Shown here one piece after another: positions 54,341-64,000 of a stretch of DNA of 64,000 nt. The translations under genes were made by a program, and so were the position numbers. The notes beneath the pieces were generated by a model, which was not told where the DNA came from, made no database searches, and saw nothing but the letters and a program-made list of their open reading frames with translations. Numbering within the stretch: the stretch's first letter is position 1; each line of letters opens with the position of its first letter. The DNA comes from Macrostomum lignano (Eukaryota): assembly GCA_002269645.1 (NCBI GenBank), contig NIVC01002054.1:124001-188000 (forward strand). Reading direction: 5' to 3'.

Positions 54341-56176
54341 TCAATCGAAAGCGGCTCTTTTACGCTTAGCTCCAACAATTAATTTTTGCACTTCAACAGC
54401 TTTGCTCGCCTCCGAATGAGTTGGATCCACGTGATAATTTGGATCGGTGAACAGCGCGCCAAATCGTTCGTCGGCTGCCACATCGGCTGCTGTCACTGCC
54501 GAGTGAGCACCTGCGACCCGGTCGGCAACTAGCATTGCCAACTCCTGCTCACTAGCCGGCATTTCTCCTTCGCCTTCGCCACTGTCACCTTCGTCACTAT
54601 CGCCGCTGCCGCCGGCTCCGTCAGCCTTAGAAGGCAGCAGGCCAGCTTTAGCCAGTTTAGCCCGTTTCGCTTGCTCCTTTAATCGGCGACGCCTCGTGCG
54701 CTTGCGAGATTCTTTCGGCTCCGATTGCTCCTGCTGCTTCTGGCCCTTGGCACTTGACTTGGCCTTAGCATCGACGTCCTGCATGGCTAAAGCGATATCG
54801 TCGGGCAGCTCGTCGTCTGAGAAGGTGGCCGGCAACTCGCTGCCATTGTCGGCGTTATCTTCGGCTTTGTCGGCTCCGACATCGTCTCCTAACAGCGCCC
54901 GACGAAGCTTCACCGTTCTGGCTTTGATGGCGTCACTGTCCTCTTCATCATTGTCGGATTCATCGCTACTCAAATTGAGAAACTCCGACAGTCTATTAAG
55001 ATCCGGATCGTCTTCGTTGAAATCGGTCTTGTTGAACAGGCCCTGCAGGTAGCGAGTTCGCTCAGTCGGTGTCTCGTCCCAGGTTAGGCCGACTTTTGTA
55101 CGGTTTAATAGACCAGCGGTTAGTTTGCGCGGCTTATAAGCAGCCGGGTCCAGACCCGTGCACCGCGTTACAAGATGACGCCACTCGTCTGGCACATCGT
55201 CCGGACCGCCGAACTCCATACCCGCCGGCACGTAGCTCAATCTAAGACACCCGCCGGTGCTTTCCACCTCTAGACCGGAGCACTGCTCATAGACACTGGT
55301 TGCGGCTGGAGTGCAATCAAACTCCGCTACAGCGTAATAGTACCACAATCGTTTTAGCTGGTAGCGTCGAAGACTTCGACGATAAGAGCCAGACGAAGTT
55401 GACGACTTCTTAGCCGGATCGGACGACGCTTTTCGGCGCAACTCCAACGGTCCCGCTTTGGCCTCTTCGGCCATTCGACGTTGACCGAATTTCGAGGGAT
55501 AAACTGTGACACTTAGCAAGCGACCAACAGACGATGGACAGTGACTGGAGAGCAGCATAAACAGATCGGTAGCTTTGATCTGCTCCCAGTCTTGCTGAGT
55601 AACAGCTAGTCGATTTGTTGGAACAACCGACTGGTCGTTTTCTTCATCAATCGCTGCGCTGGACGAGCGTTCGAGATTGCGAAACTCCTCGTCGCTGCTG
55701 CTTCTCGCTTCGCTGTCGCTGCCTTCTTCATCATTGTCTGCCTCATTTTGCTCATCATCATCATCATCCTCTTCATCTGAGTCGGATTCTTCCTCAGCTA
55801 CTTCTTCATCTTCTTCGTCTTCATCCTTATCCACAGCATCCTCACTCTCTTGATCTTCTTGGTTGTCAGAACTAGCTTCGACCTCATCATTATCATCCTC
55901 ATCCTCACCGTGACGACCCTGTTTCAATCCGTAGAACCTGCTCAGATCCTGTCGCGAGCTCATGGCCACTGGCCTGCCCCTCTTATCGCTGCGTACGCTG
56001 GTGGAGAACTCAGGATCTGTAAACATGGCGCCAAATCGATCGTCAATTTCAACGCGAGTTGCTTTGCGAGCCGAAGCCGATCGATAGCGCGGATCGGTGG
56101 TCACGTGACCGAAGCGCGGATCCGAGCGCCATTCTTCGTCGCGGTTGCCTGCTGCGTTGCGACGCTTCTTAACCAT
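54341..56176 (-). CDS. ESF1: Pre-rRNA-processing protein ESF1 homolog (NUC153 domain), 611 aa, intronless CDS
   Basis: DPRF...IDDRFGAMFTD...DKRGRP; RLAVTQQDWEQIKATDLFMLLSS; YPSKFGQRRMAEE...GP; LRRYQLKRLWYYYAVAEFD; C-terminal DERFGALFTDPNYHVDPT. Confidence 0.94.
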   Translation of the reverse strand: MVKKRRNAAGNRDEEWRSDPRFGHVTTDPRYRSASARKATRVEIDDRFGAMFTDPEFSTSVRSDKRGRPVAMSSRQDLSRFYGLKQGRHGEDEDDNDEVEASSDNQEDQESEDAVDKDEDEEDEEVAEEESDSDEEDDDDDEQNEADNDEEGSDSEARSSSDEEFRNLERSSSAAIDEENDQSVVPTNRLAVTQQDWEQIKATDLFMLLSSHCPSSVGRLLSVTVYPSKFGQRRMAEEAKAGPLELRRKASSDPAKKSSTSSGSYRRSLRRYQLKRLWYYYAVAEFDCTPAATSVYEQCSGLEVESTGGCLRLSYVPAGMEFGGPDDVPDEWRHLVTRCTGLDPAAYKPRKLTAGLLNRTKVGLTWDETPTERTRYLQGLFNKTDFNEDDPDLNRLSEFLNLSSDESDNDEEDSDAIKARTVKLRRALLGDDVGADKAEDNADNGSELPATFSDDELPDDIALAMQDVDAKAKSSAKGQKQQEQSEPKESRKRTRRRRLKEQAKRAKLAKAGLLPSKADGAGGSGDSDEGDSGEGEGEMPASEQELAMLVADRVAGAHSAVTAADVAADERFGALFTDPNYHVDPTHSEASKAVEVQKLIVGAKRKRAAFD

Positions 56177-56399
56177 TGTGTAGGTCTAGGGCTGCTGTGA
56201 GTAGCATAAACGATGATAATGATATATGGTCAAGGGAATCCATAGAATAATATACTGGCTAATTAAATGTAGCCTACATCTACCTGCCTGTCTGCGTGCA
56301 CGATTAAGCCTGTCATTCTCTCTGCCTGCTCGTCTTAGTGTCCTAGTGTCTGTCTGTTTTCGTCTGTATGTACGTCTTTCTTTCTGTCGTAGTGTCTTA

Positions 56400-56405
56400 G
56401 TGCCC

Positions 56406-56457
<52 letters not shown>

Positions 56458-56610
56458 GTCTGTCTGTCTATCTGACTATCTGTCTATCTGTCTATCTGTA
56501 TATCTATCTGTCGATCTGTATATCTGTCTATCTGTCTGTTTGTCGGTCTGTCTGTCTGTCCGTCTGTCTGTCTGTCTTAGTGCCTTAGTGTTTGTCTGTC
56601 TGTCTGTCTA
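56400..56610. repeat. (GTCT/ATCT)n microsatellite upstream of ESF1
   Basis: Direct reading. Confidence 0.9.
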
Positions 56611-57786
56611 CCTGCCTCTCGCAAGCTAAGCAGACTTTCAAGTGTCCAGTACACCAAGCACAATTAACAACAGGCAGCAAAGCTACCAAGTGTGCCATAA
56701 GAGAACCAATCAAATTAGAATATATTTCATTGCTTTCAGATTTAACACAATAAACAACAGTGTATAAAGTATTCAAAGCAAGCAATGAGATTATTGCAGT
56801 ACAATAAAAGCCGGACTAGATAACGCAGACACTGCTACACAATCACGGTAATCTATAGGCCATGCATTAGCGACTACATAGTACATGCTGAAGCAGTCAC
56901 AGCCGAAAAAAGCAAACCCACTCTTAACAACAAAACAAACAGCAATAACGAATAAAACTGTCACAAGAATTGTAAAGAATTAAACCAAGAAAAAATCTCG
57001 ACTGTGTAAAAAAATTTAAGCTGCGTAAGCGATATTATAAAATCTGAGTATTACATGACGAGAAAAAAAACTTAATAAAAAGTTGTGCGCAAAACAGTGA
57101 CAGTCTACAAGCAAGTAAACTATTATCAGGCAATCTAAAATACTAATTAAAATATTTAGTATTTTAATAGCAAGAGATTGTGCTCAATAGTTGTAACCTA
57201 AAACGCTAAAAGATTATTTGATACGTTTAAATTTGCAAAATACAAAGAATAAAAAATAATTTTAAACACATACGATTACTAAAAGTAGCGAAATCGAATT
57301 TTAAATTTTCTATCGGCACCGCCGATTTTAAAAAATTACTATTTATTAAGTAGTTGACAGACGAATCCAACAGATCACATAAAAACACAATAAGAGACAA
57401 TTATTAAAATATTCAATTTTCTTAAAAACAAATACTGCACGATAGTAAACAAACAAACAAACAAACAAACAAGAATACGAACGAAATTCTTTGTAAGCCA
57501 TCGTAAATTTAAACTTTGTCAAAAAACTGAGTATAATATATGAATCACTCTGTGAATCTCTTAATAAAATGAAAGAATACTGTTGTTGTGCAAAAACTCT
57601 TAGATTGTTTCACACGCTTACTATACTATTAATCGGTATTGAATAAAAATTATAAAATAACTTGATATATAGAATTTGAAAAAAAAACGGAAAAGCGCAA
57701 ATTTCTACTGCAATAAAAATTGGCAGTAGTATAAGTCCGACTTAAAACACAAAATTGTTTGAACTGACGCAGTCAAATCTGGCATA

Positions 57787-60331
57787 TTATTTAATCTGCA
57801 CAGGTGTGGGAGATGAGCACGACCTGGCGCCGCTTCTGCCAGCAATAACGGACGGTCGCGAGTTCGATTCCCCAGCAGCTTGGCTAGCAATTTTTGATGA
57901 AGATAGCGACTTCTGACGCTCCGTTGAAGCGTTTAAATTCTGCGAGTTGCTGCCGATCGCTCCGCTGGCATTGCCCAGCTCGGCTGGTGCAGCGGAAGCA
58001 ACCCTGTAACGAAGAAAATACACCGATATGTAGCGAAAATTACTTCAAAAGAAGTAAAATTAAATTAGTACCATTTTTCAATCAGAAGCAAGTTCTTACC
58101 TGTCGCGATTAAACGTTAAGAACCGAGTGTTCAATTCGTTTAGCGCTTTTGACATCGGTGTATCCTCAACCTGAATAACAGGGAAAATTATTTATTTTAT
58201 GGTAAAATATGCAAACTGCACTACTTGCTGTCGATAAATCAGTAGCAAAAATGGAGTATGAATTAGTTCAAGCTCTTCTAATATTCTTCTTAAATTCCCA
58301 GTCAAACATTTTCCCATTTTCTGGGTTTTTTTAATCTTAGCTAGCTTATTAGCTAAAATAATATTATTATTATATCTGCACCCCTTCTAATCACTTTGCC
58401 ATTCTCTTTTACTACTTATCCATTCAATAATTTCTCTCTTTCTGATTTGACACCTTCCTTATACCACCCTAATCCACCTTCTAAACCGATACCCTCCCTA
58501 ATTTCTTCCCTAGTCTGCTTGCTCCCTTCCCTAATCCCTCCCCTAATCTTATCATTTCCCTAATCTCATCATCTCTAATCTGCTCCCTTACCTAATCTCT
58601 TTATCTGTAATCCGATCCCTTCCCTAATCTATCTTCTAATCTGATCCCTTTCCTAATCATTTCTCTAATCCGATCCCTTCTCTAATCTATCCTCTACTCT
58701 GATCCCTTCTCTAATCTTGTCTCTAATCCAAATCTTCTTTAATCTATCTTCTAATCTGATCCCTTCCCTAATCCCTTCTCAAATCCGATCCATTCCCTAA
58801 TCCCTTCTCAAATCCGATCCATTCCCTAATCCCTTCTCAAATCCGATCAAAACGGCAGCGCTCACCGCGCACTTATCAGCCAATTTAGCCAGACGTTTCT
58901 TTTTCTTATGCAACGGCTTGGACTCGATAATCATCTCCTCTAATTCGTAGGTTGGATCGCAATTCAACTGATGCTTGGGCGGCGCGAACACCGGTTTAAC
59001 AGTTTTGGCTAGCACGCCTGGCCAGTCTAGGCCACGCATGAAGCTGTGAGAGCGGAGCATCTGAAGAGAGGACAGCCGGAGGCCGGGGTCCTGCTCTAGC
59101 AGGCTCATCAATACAGAGCGCAGCTCGGGGGATGCAGCCGAAGGATAATGCACGTTGCCGGATCGGATGGCGCTGAGACAGTCCGCCAGGCTCAGGTGGG
59201 ACCCAATGTCGAATGGCCGCTGCGGGGATTCATTGGGACGAGTCTTGGGATCGGCTTGAATATTTGATCGCTAGCTGGGCATTCGTAATGGAGAGCAAAG
59301 ATTGGGACGACAGGGGGTGAGATTCGAAAGAGAGGGGTTGGGTTCGGTAGAGAGGGAGTGAGATTGGTGAGGGAGGAGGTAGAGATTGGTGAGGGAGGAG
59401 GTAGAGATTGGGGAGGGGTGAGATTAGGGAGAGAGGGTGAGATTGGTGAGGGAGGGTGAGATTAGGGAGAGAGGGTGAGATTGGTGAGGGAGGGTGAGAT
59501 TAGGGAGAGAGGGTGAGATTGGTGAGGGAGGGTGAGATTCGAAAGAGAGGGGTTGGGTTCGGTAGAGAGGGGGTGAGATTGGTGAGAGAGGAGGTAGAGA
59601 TTGGGGAGGGGGTGAGATTAGGGAGAGAGGGTGAGATTGGTGAGGGAGGGTGAGATTAGGGAGAGAGGGTGAGATTGGTGAGGGAGGGTGAGATTAGGGA
59701 GAGAGGGTGAGATTGGTGAGGGAGGGTGAGATTAGGGAGAGAGGGGTCTGATTGAGAAAAGGTGTGTAAGATTAGGAGAATAGAGGTATTGAGGGAGATA
59801 AGGTAAGACTGGGAAGAGAGGGTTGAGATTTTCGAGTGGAGGTCAGATCGAGTCGCACGAGTCGAAGATTTAGGTGAGGTGCGATGAGATGAGGTTGGTA
59901 GAGAAAGGGTTAAAAACCGAAAGAATCAGGGTGCGATAAGACAATGAAGACACCCGTATAAAGATGAGAAGAGGCGAGATGGAATGAGCAGCATAGAACT
60001 CATCACTAAGCAAAGAACAATTAAAAAGGCTGGCAACAAAGAAAATAAAATGAGCTAGAAACAAAGAAGGTCAACTGAGCAACCAGACTCGCAGACAAGT
60101 AAACAGAACTCAAATGCCAGTTCATTAAATCCATGCTTATCATTCCTAAGCTACGAGTAAGAAAAAAGCAAAAGTGCATTATCAGTTAATTGGGGGGGGG
60201 GGGGGGCAGCGCTCTCACCCGACATCGAGCCAGCTCGAAAATTGTGACGCCCAGACTCCACCAGTCCGCTGCGTATGAGTAGCCGGGGATCTCTTTGAGT
60301 CCGGTCTGAAACACCTCGGGCGCTGCGGGAT

Positions 60332-60395
<64 letters not shown>

Positions 60396-62355
60396 CAGTA
60401 GATAGAGGAATATCTCACACCATCGCACACGGTAGGTCATTGAACCAAATAGAACGGATATCCCGAAATTATAGCCAATGGTGGATCGAATAATTAAAAG
60501 GCAGATTCAAGAAAGCTGCAATCCTGCGGAAGGATCGTCTAGCTTTGACAGCCAGCACTAATGAGAGGAAGAGAACCCACAGCCCTTGATGACGATTCCA
60601 GCCGGGCTGGGCAAGTGTTTGGCCCTTAGAGCTACTCTGCATTTTCCTTTGCTGTAACTTATCCTTTATCTTGTACCAGTCGATCAGCTCCACTCCCTCA
60701 GCTCCCTTTATCACTTTTATCTCCCGTTAAAAGTACAATTAATCCATCTACTAATTGTAGCAGATCTTAGAGCCGAATCGGGTCCGTTAAGGACTGGCAC
60801 TCCAGTTGAAGTGCGCGCACCCAGACAGTTAGGATTATCAAGCATTAATAAGGGTTTCGTGCATAATTCAATCCGAACTTCTACCTCAAAAAGTAGCAGC
60901 CTGTCTTTAAGACTGTTTAACTCTGAGAAATCTAATACGCTTGCTGTTCAATAAGATGTTCAATAATAGTAGCAAAGCGCTTCTTCTGCTTTCATTAACT
61001 TCTGTCAGCAATGGCACATTAATTAGTGCAATTATAACTTGATACATACAATTACACTGACGAGCATCTGAGGCTATAAACCTTATAGACGAAAAGAAAT
61101 ATGAGGCAATATGCCATGAGCCTAATCTATTTAAGGCTGGATCCCATACCCCATAATATCGGAGAATAGATTAATCTCATACCTAAAATGAGTCTAGATA
61201 GATCCCATACCCTCAACCATCTGAGACTAGATAGATCCCATACCCTCAACTGTATCTGAGACTAGATAGGTCCCATACCCTCAACTGCATCTGAGACTAG
61301 ATAGATCACATACCCTCAACTGCATCTGAGACTAGATAGATCCCATACCCTCAACTGTATCTGAGACTAGATAGATCCCATACCCTCAACTAACTAAGAA
61401 TAGATAGATCCCATACCCTCAACTAACTGAGAATAGATAGATCCCATACCCTCAACTGTATCTGAGACTAGATAGATCCCATACCCTCAACTAACTAAGA
61501 ATAGATAGATCCCATACCCTCAACTAACTGAGAATAGATAGATCCCATACCCTCAACTAACTGAGAATAGATAGATCCCATACCCTCAACTAACTGAGAA
61601 TAGATAGATCCCATACCCTCAACTAACTGAGAATAGATAGATCCCATACCTTCAACTAACTGAGAATAGATAGATCCCATACCCTCAACTGTATCTGAGA
61701 CTAGATAGATCCCATACCCTCAACTAACTGAGAATAGATAGATCCCATACCCTCAACTAACTAAGAATAGATAGATCCTATACCCTCAACTAACTGAGAA
61801 TAGATAGATCCCATACCCTCAACTGTATCTGAGACTAGATAGATCCCATACCCTCAACTAACTGAGAATAGATGATCCCACACCCTAAACTATCTAGCAT
61901 TGAGTCCTCCCAGTGCCGCAGACAATAAAACGCTTCAAAGTAACTCTTGGACGACTGTTTGACGACTTTTTAGCGACTTGTACCGCGACATTTCGTTATT
62001 TTAGAGTAATTTAGAGAGTCACTTCTTCCCTATTTTACCGCAACAACACTGAAACCAGCGGGTATCCTCTCTCTTATCTCTCATCTCATCTATCCTCTTC
62101 TCTCTCCTTTATTCCCTCTATCTCTATCATCAGGCCCACAGCAATAGTCTAGATTGCCCTTAACTGAGACTAGATAGACTGATAGACTATCAATAGCAAA
62201 CAGTACATGTGGGTGATCCCAGCTCACCCATATAAGGCTTGGTCCCGGACACTTCCGTAGCCAGTTTATTATCCAATAGAACAGCGGCCACATTGAAGTC
62301 AGTTAGAAACACATTGCCAGCTTCATCAAATATCAAGTTATCCGGCTTGATGTCT
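57787..62355 (-). CDS. STK32: Serine/threonine kinase STK32 (YANK) family, 3' part. Exons: 62355-62228, 60322-60219, 59219-58866, 58170-58100, 58003-57787; N-terminal exons not found in the window
   Basis: RDIKPDNL...LTDFNVA...SGTKPYMAPEVF...[13 protein letters not shown]...RPF...[28 protein letters not shown], the STK32 signature. Splice phases are consistent. Confidence 0.93.
58480..58848. repeat. Degenerate repeat (ctaatccgatcccttc) in STK32 intron
   Basis: Direct reading. Confidence 0.85.
59310..59750. repeat. GA-rich repeat (gagggtgagattaggga/ttggtgag) in STK32 intron
   Basis: Direct reading. Confidence 0.9.
60331..60395. repeat. (GATA)n microsatellite adjoining an STK32 acceptor
   Basis: Direct reading. 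Confidence 0.93.
61195..61885. repeat. 33-bp minisatellite (agatagatcccataccctcaactaactgagaat) in STK32 intron
   Basis: Period 33 measured at 61501/61534. Confidence 0.95.
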
Positions 62356-62829
62356 CTGAAAGACAAAACAAAGGATAAATGAAAGAATATAGAATGTAAG
62401 TTTCTCTAATTCTTGGATTTATTGTCATGACTCAAAACTAACTATTACTCTTTCAAAACTGACTGTTTACACGGTTTCAAGGCGTACAAACTGAGGGCAA
62501 ACACAGAGGCTGATAATGAATCAGGTCCTGCAGTTGCAGGCCAGACGGAAGTAAAAATGACAAAAATAGAAAATTGGGAATACGAGGAGTTGCTAGTTAG
62601 GTAGAAAGAAAACTGAGGCGAAATCCCCAATAAAGAGGACAGCTAAAAGCAAAGTACACACGTCGTAGCAGTATGGATAGAAGAATAAATGAAAAATTGA
62701 CTTCCGATGAAAAATGCTCACAATGTTTCGGAGACACTGGGCAGAGTGAAATTCGCCTCTGCCCAAGAAAGCATACGATACAAGGCAAAAAAAGAACACC
62801 TGGTACTTTCTTTGAGGGGACAGGGGGGA

Positions 62830-63480
62830 TACAAGGGTGGGACGGAGACAAGGATGAGAGGAAGACAAGGGTGAGAGGAAGATAAGGATGAGAGGAAGAC
62901 AAGGGTGAGAGGAAGACAAGGATGAGAGGAAGACAATGTAGATAGGGAGACAATGATGAGAAGGAGACAAGGATGTTTGGGAGACAATGATGAGAGGGAG
63001 AAAATGATGAGATGGAGACAAGGATGAGAGGGAGACAATGATGAGAAGGAGACAAGGATGAAAGGGAGAGAATGATGAGAGGGAGGCAATGTAGATAGGG
63101 AGTCAATGATTAGAGGGAGATAGGAGAGACAGGGGGAAATGGAGACAAGGGTGAGAGGGAGACAAGGATGAGAGGGAGATAGGAGAGACAGGGGAAGATG
63201 GAGACAAGGGTGAGAGGGAGACAAGGATGAGAGGGAGATAGGAGAGACAGGGGAAGATGGCGACAAGGGTGAGAGGGAGACAAGGATGAGAGGGGTGAGA
63301 GGGAGACAAGGATGAGAAAGAGACAGGGGAGACAAGGATGAGAAAGAGACAGGGGAGACAAGGATGAGAAAGAGACAGGGGAGACAAGGATGAGAGGGAG
63401 ACAAGGTAGAGAGGGGGCCAATGATGCTTGAGAGACAAGGATGAGTGGGAGACAGGAGAGACAGGGTGAGAGGGAGAATG
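62830..63480. repeat. GA-rich degenerate repeat (gagacaaggatgagag) upstream of the first visible STK32 exon
   Basis: Direct reading. Confidence 0.88.
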
Positions 63481-64000
63481 AGATGTTAGAAGAGTAAAAA
63501 ACGGGTGAAACAAGAGAAATGATAGACAAGAAACAGAGCGACGGGCAGTCTCTATGGGATCGATTAGGAAGGAAGGAAGCAAGCGTTAGCAATGCCAACT
63601 TTACAGGCCAACAACAGTCCTAACAAAAATCGCTAGGCAAACAGAACTTGCCTAACTAAAATCTATCCAATATGCAAGCATAATGACAAAACCTATCGAT
63701 CGACTGACTACACAATCGAGCAGAGAGGCCCATTCTCCCCTTGGGGAACTGATAATTAAACGAGCGCACGACAATATAAACCTTCAATTATAACAGCCCG
63801 TTTCACATGTTTCAGCAATACATAATAAAGGTGACGGCAAAAGTGAGAATAACAAGAGAAAAGTTGAGCAAAGTTAGATTGACAGGTGGCTGGTTGCACC
63901 TGCCAAGGGCGAGATATTCTCATGGGCGGAGCAGAAATCAAAGGCAGTGAGAGAAAGATGAGCAAATAGGAAATTTGAAGCAACTTTTCTTTCTTGCTTG

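Noticed and set aside
62673-62885. Short Cys-containing ORF resembling a transposase C-terminus
   Set aside because: Too short and too weak, with no catalytic motifs or terminal repeats seen.

Overview
Eukaryotic (metazoan) genomic DNA with GC-rich exons and GT-AG introns. Most longer introns hold their own tandem repeat array. The style suggests a flatworm such as Macrostomum, which is inference only. I reconstructed eight protein-coding loci by hand with splice phases checked: a DENN-domain myotubularin-related Sbf (MTMR5/13) gene (-, runs off the left end, one frame disruption); an intronless orphan ORF with a possible Rdx/SelW-like fold (-); a melatonin-receptor-like class A GPCR (+); HPS5/pink (-, 11 exons, about 1207 aa, C-terminal RING-H2); UBA3 (-, with no in-frame ATG before conserved sequence); a tandem pair of Zn-dependent MDR dehydrogenases (+) and intronless ESF1 (-). 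The 3' part of an STK32/YANK kinase (-) lies at the right end. Mobile DNA comprises three tRNA-headed SINEs (two related, both with TSDs), three non-autonomous hAT-type elements with 8-bp TSDs, one TA-flanked palindromic MITE and a decayed RTE-like LINE. Most long ORFs in the supplied track are repeat translations. The best leads are the ATG-less UBA3 that starts at an in-frame 3' splice acceptor (possible spliced-leader-donated AUG), acceptor sites just upstream of several start codons (possible trans-splicing or operons), mosaic gene conversion in the dehydrogenase pair, and a SINE family with a shared body.
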